NCBI GenBank assembly: GCA_028067895.1
Contig: JAPTUI010000543.1
Span: 1-41,329 of the forward strand
Length of the DNA: 41,329 nt
Reading direction: 5' to 3'
Origin: Pseudomonadota bacterium
GTDB taxonomy: Bacteria > Pseudomonadota > Gammaproteobacteria > Steroidobacterales > Steroidobacteraceae
Part shown: positions 9,077 through 18,264 of the stretch, piece after piece
How positions within the stretch are numbered: the stretch's first letter is position 1
How the letters are laid out: every line of letters starts with the position of its first letter
Program-made: the position numbers and the translations under genes
The notes under the pieces: model-generated
Seen by the model: only the letters and a program-made list of their open reading frames with translations
Told to the model about the DNA's origin: nothing
Databases searched by the model: none

Positions 9077-9913
9077 TTAGGGCGTCTTCGGCACGGGCAG
9101 ACCCAGCTTTCGATACAGCATCGCGCGGAAGCGGCGGATGCGGGCTGCATTGCGCCCGACATCGCTTTCCCCGATGCGCGATTCTGAACGGATGTCCAGG
9201 CGTGCTCCGTCCGGCTGGGCTTCGATCCGGATCACCACGTCGTCGGTGAAGCCGAACCACAGCGTCGTGCTGCTCGCCTCGATGATTCCGGCGTGCGGAT
9301 GTGCCGAGTCGAGCGTCCACCCCATGTGCTTCACGGTGCTCAGCGCGGCGGCAAAGACCGTAGCGGGCGGCTGCGGGAAGAGCATGGGGCGGATATCCGG
9401 ATACGCCTGGTGCTGCAGCGCAGCCACCTTGGGCCCGCCGTAAACGGTGGAATTCGCAGCATGAGCCGCTGTGCGCAGCGCAATCACGTCGGGAAGGAAT
9501 TGAGGCGGATTGCGCGTATCTGTGGTGATGTCGTGGATGGCCGGCACTGATTCGGCCTTCTTCAGCCACAGATAGGGAATGCCCCAGGCGACAGCGCCCA
9601 AAACTACGGTCAGCAGGGCCAATGCGATGGGTCGAATCGAGGCCCTCGTAAGGGCGCACAGGAGCAGCGCCAGCACGCCGAGTGCCACGGCCGCCATGCC
9701 ACCGTACGCGCCATCGCGGATGAGCCGAAAGGCCGCTCCGAGCCCCACCGCGCCCAGCCGATACAGGGGCCCTGGCAGGACCATGGCGAGGACGGCGAGT
9801 ACCGCAAGACCGAGCGCCAGTGGGATCATCCTGGACAGACCCCGTCCGAGGGGTGTCACCGGCCGACCCGCCGCACCTTGGGTGTCATTCGAGAGATTGC
9901 TGCTCATGCCCAT
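9077..9913 (-). CDS. DUF1499 domain-containing membrane protein
   Basis: ORF 9077..10363 trimmed to the ATG at 9913 (MGMSSNL...; alternative ATG at 9907). It has N-terminal TM segments and a C-terminal ...LWFGFTDDVVIRIEA...DIRSESRIGESDVGRNAARIRRFR typical of DUF1499. The upstream ORF extension is Arg/Pro-rich. Confidence 0.75.
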   Translation of the reverse strand: MGMSSNLSNDTQGAAGRPVTPLGRGLSRMIPLALGLAVLAVLAMVLPGPLYRLGAVGLGAAFRLIRDGAYGGMAAVALGVLALLLCALTRASIRPIALALLTVVLGAVAWGIPYLWLKKAESVPAIHDITTDTRNPPQFLPDVIALRTAAHAANSTVYGGPKVAALQHQAYPDIRPMLFPQPPATVFAAALSTVKHMGWTLDSAHPHAGIIEASSTTLWFGFTDDVVIRIEAQPDGARLDIRSESRIGESDVGRNAARIRRFRAMLYRKLGLPVPKTP

Positions 9914-10383
9914 TCCTGCCCGCGATGTATTGATGTCGTTGTTCGGGTATTCACCGGGTTTCGCTGCAGCCGTACGCCGCGGGCCGATCTCCGGTCCCCG
10001 GCCGCACATGCGGACCATGTGGCGGTTCGACGGCAATACTGCAATCGCCAGGCGCGCCTCCAAAATCCGCCGCTGAGCAATCGGGTTCGAGGCACGACAG
10101 TCAGATGATGGCCCTGCGGCACGCCGGCTGCAACCGTCGCGTGCGGACTCGTCTCCAGCATGGCGCACGTGCGAGCCGTTATGACGGCTTTGTCGAAACG
10201 CGCAATGCGTCCGCTGCTGGGGAGTCGACTGAGTCGGTGGCACGCACCGTCGTGCCCAGCAAACGGTCCATCGCAATTCCTGGCTGCGGGGAATGCCGGC
10301 CGTCTGCGGCGGTCGCATAGTGCTGGAATTTGTCGCCGTCGGAGCATTCCGGTGGACGAACACCCGTGGGGCAGGAGATCATC

Positions 10384-12303
10384 GTGAAATTGAAGTCGAT
10401 TCGTTCGGTCGCGACCATCGTCGCACTTGGGTTCCTCGGTACTGCAAGCGCGGCAGGCCTCATTCCGGAGCCCAACGCCAATGCCGTCCCGTACGCGACC
10501 AAGGCCAATCCTGAAACGCTGGTGTTGGACGCGCGTCTGGCCGGGCGCGGCATTGCCATTTCAACTATGCACATTCCGGTGCGGCCGGGCCCATTCACCT
10601 TCGTATACCCGAAGTGGATTCCCGGCTATCACTCGCCGGCCGGCGTGCTGGCGGATATCTCGCAACTGACAGTAAGTGCTGACGGGAGGACGCTAACCTG
10701 GCGACGCGACAAGGTGGATATGTACGCCTTCCACGTGATGATCCCAGCTGGAGTGCACTCGATCAAAGTTCAGTTCACCATGCTGCTAAATGGAGGTACG
10801 AGCCGGCGGGCAACGCCTGAGCTGGCCACGATCTGCTGGACGCGGGCATTCTTTTATCAGAACGACATCAATTACCATCATTACTACCTGCGCGCGAGCA
10901 TCATCCTGCCCAAAGGCTGGGGCTATGGAACGGCGCTCACTACGGTGAGCCGGGCAGGACAGCGCGTGAACTTTGCCGAGGAGCCGCTGACCTATGTCGG
11001 TGACTCGCCTTTGTTCATGGGGCGCTATTATCGCAAGGTCCAGCTGTGGCATCAGGGTGATGCCCACATGTGGCTTGACATGTTTGCCGACACGCCTCAG
11101 GAGCTCGACGTCCCGGCCAAGCTGCTGGCCGCCTACAAACGGCTCCCGGATGAGGCGTTCGCGCTGTACGGCTCGCGTCATTGGTACAACTATCACGCGC
11201 TGCTAGCGATGTCGAATCACATCAGTTACGACGGCATCGAACACCATCAGTCGAGCGACGATCGCGCGTCGGCCGACTTCATGACGAACCCTGACCAGCA
11301 GTTGCTCGGCGGGGATTTGATACCGCACGAGTTTTCGCACTCCTGGAATGGAAAATATCGCCGGCCGTGGGATCTGAAGACCGATAACTACCAGATTCCG
11401 CAGCGCACGGATCTGCTCTGGGTGTACGAGGGCATGAATCAGTACCTCGGCGATTTGCTCTCGTTCCGCAGCGGCATCCGCAAGCCGAGCGAATACCCAC
11501 AGTACTTGGCTATGATCTACAACCAGATGGCGACCGAGCCGGGCCGCAACACGGAGCCGTTGATCGATCTGACCACCGGCGCACCGTACTTCTACATGAC
11601 GGCGAACGGAGAATACCCGTCGCTGCGGCGCTCGGCAGGGGATTTCTATACGGAGGGCGAACTGCTCTGGCTCGATGTCGACACCATCATCCGCGCACGG
11701 ACGGATGGCAAGAAGTCGCTCGATGACTTCTGGCATCTGTATTCGGAGCCGAAGCTCACCGGTCCGATCACCAAGCCGTATACGCGGGCGGACATCGAAC
11801 ATATGCTCAATGAGGTGTGCCCGTACGACTGGCACGCCTTCTTCCAGCGGCATGTGTACGAGGTCTCGAAGCTGCCGCCGACCGGAGAGCTCGAGCGCTC
11901 GGGTTGGCGTCTGGTGTACACCGCGAAACCCAATCCGTTCATCACGGCGGCACAGGACACCTACCACACCGATTACCAGTGGCTGACCTATGGATTCAAC
12001 GTGGGCGGCTCTGGGGCGCTGACCGACGTGCGCGAGGGGTCACCCGCCTGGGATGCGGGTATGGCCCCCGGGATGAAGCTCATCGCGGTCAATGGCCAGA
12101 GCTTCTCTGCAGGCGTGCTGAAATACGCGCTACGGCAGGCGCAGCACGACCACGTTGCGACGCGATTCACGGTGGCGCAGGACGGTTGGGTCCGGACCAT
12201 TGCGGTGAGCTACTTCGGCGGTCCGCGCTATCCGCACCTGGTGCGGATCCCGGGCACGGTGAATATGCTGGCCAGGATCATGGCGCCGCACGCCGGACAC
12301 TGA
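10384..12303 (+). CDS. M61 family (glycyl aminopeptidase-like) metallopeptidase with C-terminal PDZ domain, secreted
   Basis: GTG at 10384 is preceded by GGAG. It has a signal peptide (VKLKSIRSVATIVALGFLGTASAAG), the zinc motif HEFSHSWNGKYRRP, and a C-terminal PDZ-like GSPAWDAGMAPGMKLIAVNGQSF. Confidence 0.85.
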   Translation: MKLKSIRSVATIVALGFLGTASAAGLIPEPNANAVPYATKANPETLVLDARLAGRGIAISTMHIPVRPGPFTFVYPKWIPGYHSPAGVLADISQLTVSADGRTLTWRRDKVDMYAFHVMIPAGVHSIKVQFTMLLNGGTSRRATPELATICWTRAFFYQNDINYHHYYLRASIILPKGWGYGTALTTVSRAGQRVNFAEEPLTYVGDSPLFMGRYYRKVQLWHQGDAHMWLDMFADTPQELDVPAKLLAAYKRLPDEAFALYGSRHWYNYHALLAMSNHISYDGIEHHQSSDDRASADFMTNPDQQLLGGDLIPHEFSHSWNGKYRRPWDLKTDNYQIPQRTDLLWVYEGMNQYLGDLLSFRSGIRKPSEYPQYLAMIYNQMATEPGRNTEPLIDLTTGAPYFYMTANGEYPSLRRSAGDFYTEGELLWLDVDTIIRARTDGKKSLDDFWHLYSEPKLTGPITKPYTRADIEHMLNEVCPYDWHAFFQRHVYEVSKLPPTGELERSGWRLVYTAKPNPFITAAQDTYHTDYQWLTYGFNVGGSGALTDVREGSPAWDAGMAPGMKLIAVNGQSFSAGVLKYALRQAQHDHVATRFTVAQDGWVRTIAVSYFGGPRYPHLVRIPGTVNMLARIMAPHAGH

Positions 12304-12321
12304 GGGCGACGAGCGAAAAGT

Positions 12322-12349
12322 AAGCCCCGGACCCGTCGGTTCGGGGCTT
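12322..12349 (+). terminator. hairpin after the M61 gene (possible, weak U-tract)
   Basis: AAGCCCCG(G)ACC-cgtc-GGT(T)CGGGGCTT, 18 nt after the stop. It is followed by ATTCG on the plus strand, whereas the minus-strand reading is followed by ACTTTTCG. It could therefore act in either direction. Confidence 0.45.
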
Positions 12350-12915
12350 ATTCGATGCGGCACCCAACGAGCGTCAGCTGGGCGCCTCCCTCTTGGCATT
12401 ACATTCGCTGGGGAAATGCTCGGAATTTATTCCGCGGCGAAAGATCGTACCGGAGGTGATCCCGCTTCAGTCGCCCGGGTGGACGCATCCCTCGGCAAAT
12501 CAGCGACTGTCGGCTGCGGGCATTTCTTGCGAGACTCTCCCCCGTGTACTGACGCAGGAGTGTGCCGATGAGGGGGACCAACCCTCATGGCGTCGGGAAG
12601 ACATCCGGCTCTGGTCGACCGAGCAGTTTCCTGCCCGGCGTAAATCAGGTCAGTCACAGTTCGCCTACTGCCGGACGCAGGTGCTTGATCTGAGGTACTT
12701 TTCCCGGGTTCAATAAAGGTATCTGCGGACGCGGCTCGACCGGGCTGCTAACGACACCGCAGCTCGCGTCGAGGTGCACGAGATGCGGCGTTTGCGGCAT
12801 GCCGCCGGCCACTGTCATGATTCAGTGATGCGTGCGCAGCCGTCGGCAGTGACGTCGACTCCGGCACTGACGCCGACTCCGCAGAACGGGCTTTCGCCGC
12901 GCTGGCTTGCTCATT

Positions 12916-14379
12916 TCAATTGATTTCGAAGACGGTGCCGGCGTCATTGGCTCCGCCTGACTCCGTCGTTCCATAGAGATTTCCAGCGCTGTCCAAGGCC
13001 ACACCTCCAATTGGGTTCGCCCCATCGGTGCTGCCGCCGGTAAATGAATGCAGAAGGGTCTCGGTGCCGCTGTTGCTGATTTCGAACACGGTGCCACCGC
13101 CGCTCGGACTCGAGCCGCCAGTGTAGGTGGTTCCATAGAGGTTCCCGGCGCCGTCCATGATCAGGCCGCCCATTGGCTCCTCTCCGTCGGTCGGGCCGCC
13201 CGCGAAAGAATGCACGGTGAATTCTAAGCTGCCACCGCCGGACGGAAGGCCAAACACGGTTCCGCAGCCATTATTGTTTGCGCAAGGCGCGCTGGCATTC
13301 GAGGTACCGAAACTGCCGTCTTCGGTCGTTCCGTAGATGGTGTTTCCTTCGACGAGCAGATCTCCCGAAGGATATGCCCCGTCGGTGGTGCCACCGGCAA
13401 ATGAATGCAGAATGAAGTCCGTGCCATTCCCGTTGAGCGTGAACAAGGTGCCTTGGCCGAATGCCCCACCACGGGAAGTCGTACCATAGAGGTAGCCGTT
13501 CAAGTCCATGGCGAGGGCGGATTGTGGGTTCGCTCCGTCGGACGTGCCCCCCGCGAAGGAATGCAGAAGGCTTTCCGAGCCGTTGGCGCTGACCTCGAAC
13601 ACCGTGCCGCGGTTCTTCGCTCCACCGTTGGCAGTCGTCCCGTAGAGGTTGCCGTTACCGTCGATGATCAGGCTGGCAACAGGGTTCGCGCCGTCGTTCG
13701 GACTGCCGGCGAACGAATGCAGAATGGTCTCGGTACCGTCCTGATGGAGCTCGAACACCGTGCCGAGTCCATGCGCGCCGCCCGCTGCGGTGGTCCCGTA
13801 GAGATTTCCAGCGTTGTCGATGACCAGGCCGGCTACGGGGTTGGCCCCGTCCGCCGTGCCACCGGCGAAAGAGTGCAGAATGGTTTCCGTGCCGGTGGCG
13901 GTGATCTCGAATACCGTACCGAGGTTGCTCGCACCGCCGCGATTGGTTGTTCCATAGAGGTTGCCCGAACGGGTCACGATCAATCCCGCATTCGGGTCTG
14001 CGCCGTCGGTCACGCCGCCCGCAAAAGAATAAAGAATGCGTTCTGAGCCGGGTGCGCAGGACACGGCGACATCCGTCACATCCGAGGAAAGCGTGCCGCT
14101 GCCATCGGCAACCGAACAAACGATTCCGGGAGGATGGGAGGCCACGGTGACGTCGTAGGTGCTGCCTGCCGCCTGGGTGGAGCTGAAGGTGAAGTAGTCG
14201 TTCGCGTTATAGGCGACAGTCAGCGGTTCACCGCCGTTGTTCTCAAGCTTGACGCTCTGGTTGTTGCCCAGCCCGGAAACCGTGCCACTCACATAACAGG
14301 CCGTCGTACAGTCGGAGCGCGACGCTTGCGACGCGACGGAGGATCCGCCGCAGGCGGATAGGGACAGCGGCGCTGACAA
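12916..14379 (-). CDS. choice-of-anchor tandem-repeat GloVer (Gloeo_Verruco repeat) protein, predicted lipoprotein
   Basis: Lipobox LSLSAC-GG, an N-terminal ~100-aa Ig-like region, then 7 repeats of about 50 aa each (consensus hHSFaGGtsDGanPvagLi.D.aGNLYGTT..GGa...GTVFEl...Gte). The TTG at 14379 is the only canonical start, but signal-peptide-like codons continue upstream (see findings). Confidence 0.85.
   Translation of the reverse strand: MSAPLSLSACGGSSVASQASRSDCTTACYVSGTVSGLGNNQSVKLENNGGEPLTVAYNANDYFTFSSTQAAGSTYDVTVASHPPGIVCSVADGSGTLSSDVTDVAVSCAPGSERILYSFAGGVTDGADPNAGLIVTRSGNLYGTTNRGGASNLGTVFEITATGTETILHSFAGGTADGANPVAGLVIDNAGNLYGTTAAGGAHGLGTVFELHQDGTETILHSFAGSPNDGANPVASLIIDGNGNLYGTTANGGAKNRGTVFEVSANGSESLLHSFAGGTSDGANPQSALAMDLNGYLYGTTSRGGAFGQGTLFTLNGNGTDFILHSFAGGTTDGAYPSGDLLVEGNTIYGTTEDGSFGTSNASAPCANNNGCGTVFGLPSGGGSLEFTVHSFAGGPTDGEEPMGGLIMDGAGNLYGTTYTGGSSPSGGGTVFEISNSGTETLLHSFTGGSTDGANPIGGVALDSAGNLYGTTESGGANDAGTVFEIN
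12919..14043 (-). repeat. seven tandem ~150-bp coding repeats (GloVer units)
   Basis: The peptide units begin ERILYSFAGG, ETILHSFAGG, ETILHSFAGS, ESLLHSFAGG, DFILHSFAGG, EFTVHSFAGG and ETLLHSFTGG. The fifth unit carries an insertion (SFGTSNASAPCANNNGCG). Confidence 0.8.
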
Positions 14380-14484
14380 GATCAGTAGCGCCAGAATCCT
14401 TCGTCCGAGATGCTTCTCCGTAACCCCTCCCGTCCTGTCCTTTTTTAAATCCGCAAATCAATCGCAGGAGCTAACAACGTTTGG

Positions 14485-14514
14485 ATCGTACGCGTGATCA
14501 ACCTCAAGCGTCAA
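14485..14514 (-). promoter_or_regulatory. putative sigma70-type promoter for the GloVer gene
   Basis: Minus strand TTGACG (14514-14509), 18-nt spacer, TACGAT (14490-14485), in a lower-GC stretch. Pattern match only. Confidence 0.3.
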
Positions 14515-14952
14515 GATCGCAGCGCCAGAGGCGACAGGTCTGCGGCCGCGTTATGTGGAGCGAAGTCGCAGGGTCCCATGCTCGGATTTCGTGCGATTTT
14601 TCGCGCACCATGCGCCGATGGATTACAGCGGCATCGCTGTGGTTGCCGCCGTGGGCGGCGTCTCTGAGGTGCAGATTGCTTGCGGACAAGTGTCGGCAAA
14701 CGGTTCTCGGCTCAATCGCCAACGTCGAGTTCACGGTGGGGCGCTGAGTGCGCCGGAATGGTGCGCCGCACAGCCCTCAGAGGGCCGCTCGGCGACTGAT
14801 CGGGGAGTCGCCGTGAGTGAGGGTTACGCTCGCGCAGGGCGGATGGGGGTGCGGATGGTGCGGGAATGATTCAAAAAATTACTGCGGGCTGCGTCCTGGG
14901 CGGGTTGCTGCTGTATTCGTGGACGCGGGGGTGCATCGGGGCGGGGACGGCT

Positions 14953-14996
14953 CCAAAAAAAGAATGCGCCCGGCGGGAGGGGGTCCTGCCGGGCGC
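14953..14996 (-). terminator. rho-independent terminator of the S10 peptidase pair
   Basis: Minus strand, 18 nt after the stop at 15014: GCGCCCGGC (14996-14988), 13-nt loop, GCCGGGCGC (14974-14966), then ATTCTTTTTTTGG. A perfect 9-bp GC stem plus a T7 run. Confidence 0.8.
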
Positions 14997-15013
14997 CAAC
15001 GAGCGTCCGATGA

Positions 15014-16651
15014 CTACTGATTTTCGGTCGAGGCGATGAAGGCCGAGATGTTGTCGTGCAATGTCTTCAGCGACGGGACGTGAACGTAGATCATGTGCCC
15101 GGTCGGGTAATAGTGATACTGGATGTTGGCCTGCAGCTTGCGCGGCATGGGCAGGTGCTCCATCTCGTAAATACCCTCGTAGAAGGGCGTGGCGAGATCG
15201 AAGTACCCGCCATTGAGCATGACTTTCAGGTCGGGGTCATACTTCATGGCGCTGGCGAGGTCCGGCATCACGTTGAGCGCCTGCGGAAACCCGTAGGACA
15301 CTCCGGGGGCGTGGTGCTTGAAGTCCCAGGTGCGCCACAGCGGGATCTCCGGCAGGTACTTCATCCCCTCGCCGTAGTGCAGATCCGAGTGCACGTAGGC
15401 ATTGAACGCCGACACATACGCGGAGCTGATGGCGGCGGCTTGCGGGTCGTACTCCGCACGTTCGCTGAGCGGGTTCATCGAGGGGCCCGCAAAGCGGGTG
15501 TCAAGGCGTCCGGTCGTCTCGTCCTGGTCGGCGAGCAGCTCGTGCTCAAACTGCCCGCCAGAGATGCGCAGATTCGCCTTCTCGATGTACGCCACCGGCA
15601 GGCCGGTGTACTCGTGCAGTTTGGCAGCGATTGCAGCGAACTTCGAAGCGCTGATCTGCGATCCGTCGCGCAGTGCCTGAGCATAGTCGCTCATCGCAAA
15701 GTGTTCGACCTTGGCGAGCAGTGGCTTCAGCGGCTGCGAGCCGTCGGGGAGTTTGTGGTGATACCAAGCGGTTGCCGTCATGCTCGGCAGAGCAAGTTCG
15801 TACGGCAGATCGATGCCCGGATCGAACTGAGCCAAGCCTGTCGATGCATTGTAGTTGAGGATCTGCGAGAGCAGGATCACGCCATTGAAGTCGATGTTGT
15901 CGTGCGTTTCCAGCACGTTGATCAAGGCCGCTGAACGCGGGGTTCCGTAGCTCTCGCCCAGCAGATACTTCGGGGAGTTCCAGCGTCCGTATTGGGTCAG
16001 GAACTTCATGATGAACTGCGAGAACGCATGCACGTCCTGGTCCACTCCGAAGAAATGCTTGGCCGGATCCGGGCCGCGCACGCGGCTGTAGCCCGTTCCA
16101 GGTGCATCGATGAACACTAGGTCGCTGGAGTTGAGCAGGCTGTACTGGTTGTTCACCAGCTGATAAGGCGCCGCCGGGGTGTGGGTGTGGTCATTGGTCA
16201 CCACTCGCACCGGCCCGAATGCACCCATGTGCAGCCACACCGTCGAAGAGCCCGGACCACCATTGTAGAGGAAAGTGATCGGGCGCTTATTCGGCGGGGC
16301 GCCATCCTTGAAGTATGCGACGTAGAACATCGAGGATTCGGCCGGCTGCTTCGCCTTGCCCGAATTTTCACCCGTCCCGTAGGTGTTCGTGGCGTCGTTC
16401 CAGCCGGCTGCGTGCACGAGGATCATGCCCGCGACGGCGTGGTAGTGGATGGTTTTGCCGTTGACCTTTACCGTACCGGAGGTCGTGCTGGTCGCAGTGC
16501 TGAAGTACGGATTGGGACGGGCGGCGCTCGGTGTCGCGTGCGCCGACTTCGCCATGGCCGGAACGGCCACCGCGGCCAATGCCAAGGCCGAGGCGGCCGC
16601 CAGCACATCCATTGCGCGCCTGATGAATCGGCTTCGATTGATGTCGCTCAC
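15014..16651 (-). CDS. S10 family serine carboxypeptidase-like peptidase (paralog A), secreted
   Basis: 545 aa. It contains RPITFLYNGGPGSSTVWLHMGAFGP, the catalytic-Ser motif LLGESYGTPRSA, and a C-terminal YPTGHMIY (catalytic His region). The N-terminus MSDINRSRFIRRAMDVLAAASALALAAVAVPAMA is a signal peptide with an RR pair. The GTG start is 2 nt after the upstream stop, with AGGAGG inside the upstream gene's end. Confidence 0.85.
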   Translation of the reverse strand: MSDINRSRFIRRAMDVLAAASALALAAVAVPAMAKSAHATPSAARPNPYFSTATSTTSGTVKVNGKTIHYHAVAGMILVHAAGWNDATNTYGTGENSGKAKQPAESSMFYVAYFKDGAPPNKRPITFLYNGGPGSSTVWLHMGAFGPVRVVTNDHTHTPAAPYQLVNNQYSLLNSSDLVFIDAPGTGYSRVRGPDPAKHFFGVDQDVHAFSQFIMKFLTQYGRWNSPKYLLGESYGTPRSAALINVLETHDNIDFNGVILLSQILNYNASTGLAQFDPGIDLPYELALPSMTATAWYHHKLPDGSQPLKPLLAKVEHFAMSDYAQALRDGSQISASKFAAIAAKLHEYTGLPVAYIEKANLRISGGQFEHELLADQDETTGRLDTRFAGPSMNPLSERAEYDPQAAAISSAYVSAFNAYVHSDLHYGEGMKYLPEIPLWRTWDFKHHAPGVSYGFPQALNVMPDLASAMKYDPDLKVMLNGGYFDLATPFYEGIYEMEHLPMPRKLQANIQYHYYPTGHMIYVHVPSLKTLHDNISAFIASTENQ

Positions 16652-16653
16652 AG

Positions 16654-18264
16654 TCAGCCTCCTGAAACGTTGTCGGTCTTGCGGATGAAGGCCGCGATGT
16701 TCGCGTGCAGCTGCTTCAGCGCATGAATGTTCACGTAGATCATGTGTCCCGACTTGTAATAGTGGTACGAAATGTTCGACTGCAGGCTGGTCGGGATCTG
16801 CAGGTGGTGCATCTCGTAGAGGCCTTCACAGAACGGCGTGGCCAGATCGAAGTACCCGCCGTTCAGCATCACTTTCAGCAGCGGGTCGTACTTCATCGCG
16901 GCGGCGAGATCCGGCATCACGTTGGTTGCGATCGGCAGTTTCATCCCGGCGCCCGGTGGCCGATGCATGAAGTTCCAGTGCAGGCCGATCTCCGGCAGAT
17001 AGCGCAGGTTGGTCGTGTAGTGCAGGTACTTGCTGGCGTACGCATTGAACGCACTGACGTAGGCGGAGCTGATCGCGGCGGACTGCGGGTCATAGTAGGC
17101 GGTGCGGCTGAGCGGGTCGAAGGAAGGCCCGACAAAGCGCGAATCGAGCCGTCCAGTGGTCATGTCCTCGCTGTTGAGCAGCTCGTGCTCGAACTCCGGG
17201 CCGCTTACCTGCAGGCGCGCCTTGAGCAGATAGGACACCGGCAGTCCGATGTACTGATGCATTTGCTCGGCGATGCGTTCACGCTCGGCCGAGGGCAGGC
17301 TTGCGCCTTGCGCCAGGGCGTCGGCGTATTTGCCCATGGCGAAGTGCTCGACCTGCTTCAGGAACGGACGCAAGTTCGGCGGGTTCGATGGCAGCGCATG
17401 GTGGTACCAGGCGGTCGCCGCCATGCTCGGCAGAGCCAGTTCGTACGGCAGCTCGATGCCCGGGTCCGAGCCCGGCGCGTCATCATTCAGTGAGAAGTTC
17501 AGTATCTGCGACAGCAGGATCACGCCGTTGAAATCGACGTTGCGGTCGAGTGTCAAGTCCTTGATCAACACTGCCGAGCGGGGCGTGCCGTAGCTCTCCC
17601 CGAGGAGATACTTCGGGGAGTTCCAGCGCTTGTAGCGGGAGAGGAACTGGGTGATGAACGATGCGAATGCGTGTCCGTCTGGATCGACGCCGTAGAAGGC
17701 CTTGGCGGCGTTCTTGCCCTCGATGCGGCTGTAGCCGGTGCCGGGGGCGTCGATGAACACCAGGTCGGTGGCATCGAGCAGGCTGTAGTGATTCTTCACC
17801 AGGCCGTAGGGCGCAGCCGGTGTGTGCGTGTCGTTGTTCGTCACGACCCGCATGGGGCCGAAGGCGCCCATGTGCAGCCACACGGTCGAGGAGCCCGGAC
17901 CGCCATTGTAGAGAAAGGTGATCGGACGGTTGTGCGCCGGGACGCCGCGCTTGAAGTAAGCGACATAGAACACCGAGGCCACGGGCGGGCCATCTGGCAT
18001 GCCGAGTGCGTGTTTGCCGCTGCTCGGCGTGGCGGCATCGTCCCAGCCCTTGGGGTGGACGATGATCGTTCCGGCGACCGCCTCGTAGGCGATCTTGCGG
18101 CCGTTGACAGTGACACTACCGTAACTCTTCACGGCATGAGGCGTGAACAGCGCGGACGCGGTCGCGGGGGCCGGGGCGCGGGGACCCGCAGCGAGCGCGG
18201 GGGAAATGCAGGCGTCACACGCGGCGAGCGAAAATACTGCCGCGAGCGCAACAACGTGCTTCAT
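16654..18264 (-). CDS. S10 family serine carboxypeptidase-like peptidase (paralog B), predicted lipoprotein
   Basis: ORF 16654..18768 trimmed to the ATG at 18264 (AAGGAG 7 nt upstream). It starts MKHVVALAAVFSLAAC, with an LAAC lipobox. It carries the same core blocks as paralog A (RPITFLYNGGPGSSTVWLHMGAFGP, WNSPKYLLGESYGTPRSA, DFNGVILLSQILN, YKSGHMIY). Confidence 0.85.
   Translation of the reverse strand: MKHVVALAAVFSLAACDACISPALAAGPRAPAPATASALFTPHAVKSYGSVTVNGRKIAYEAVAGTIIVHPKGWDDAATPSSGKHALGMPDGPPVASVFYVAYFKRGVPAHNRPITFLYNGGPGSSTVWLHMGAFGPMRVVTNNDTHTPAAPYGLVKNHYSLLDATDLVFIDAPGTGYSRIEGKNAAKAFYGVDPDGHAFASFITQFLSRYKRWNSPKYLLGESYGTPRSAVLIKDLTLDRNVDFNGVILLSQILNFSLNDDAPGSDPGIELPYELALPSMAATAWYHHALPSNPPNLRPFLKQVEHFAMGKYADALAQGASLPSAERERIAEQMHQYIGLPVSYLLKARLQVSGPEFEHELLNSEDMTTGRLDSRFVGPSFDPLSRTAYYDPQSAAISSAYVSAFNAYASKYLHYTTNLRYLPEIGLHWNFMHRPPGAGMKLPIATNVMPDLAAAMKYDPLLKVMLNGGYFDLATPFCEGLYEMHHLQIPTSLQSNISYHYYKSGHMIYVNIHALKQLHANIAAFIRKTDNVSGG

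Noticed and set aside
12822-12913. 30-codon ORF starting 3 nt after the GloVer stop (MSKPARRKPVLRSRRQCRSRRHCRRLRTHH).
   Set aside because: Its extreme Arg content is what an off-frame of GC-rich DNA gives. It has no SD and no family resemblance.
14866-15035. 56-codon plus-strand ORF (MIQKITAGCVLGGLLLYSWTRGC...) with a hydrophobic start.
   Set aside because: It runs through the minus-strand terminator hairpin and into the 3' end of the S10 gene. Its third-codon positions are AT-rich at both ends and its SD is weak. It is probably fortuitous.
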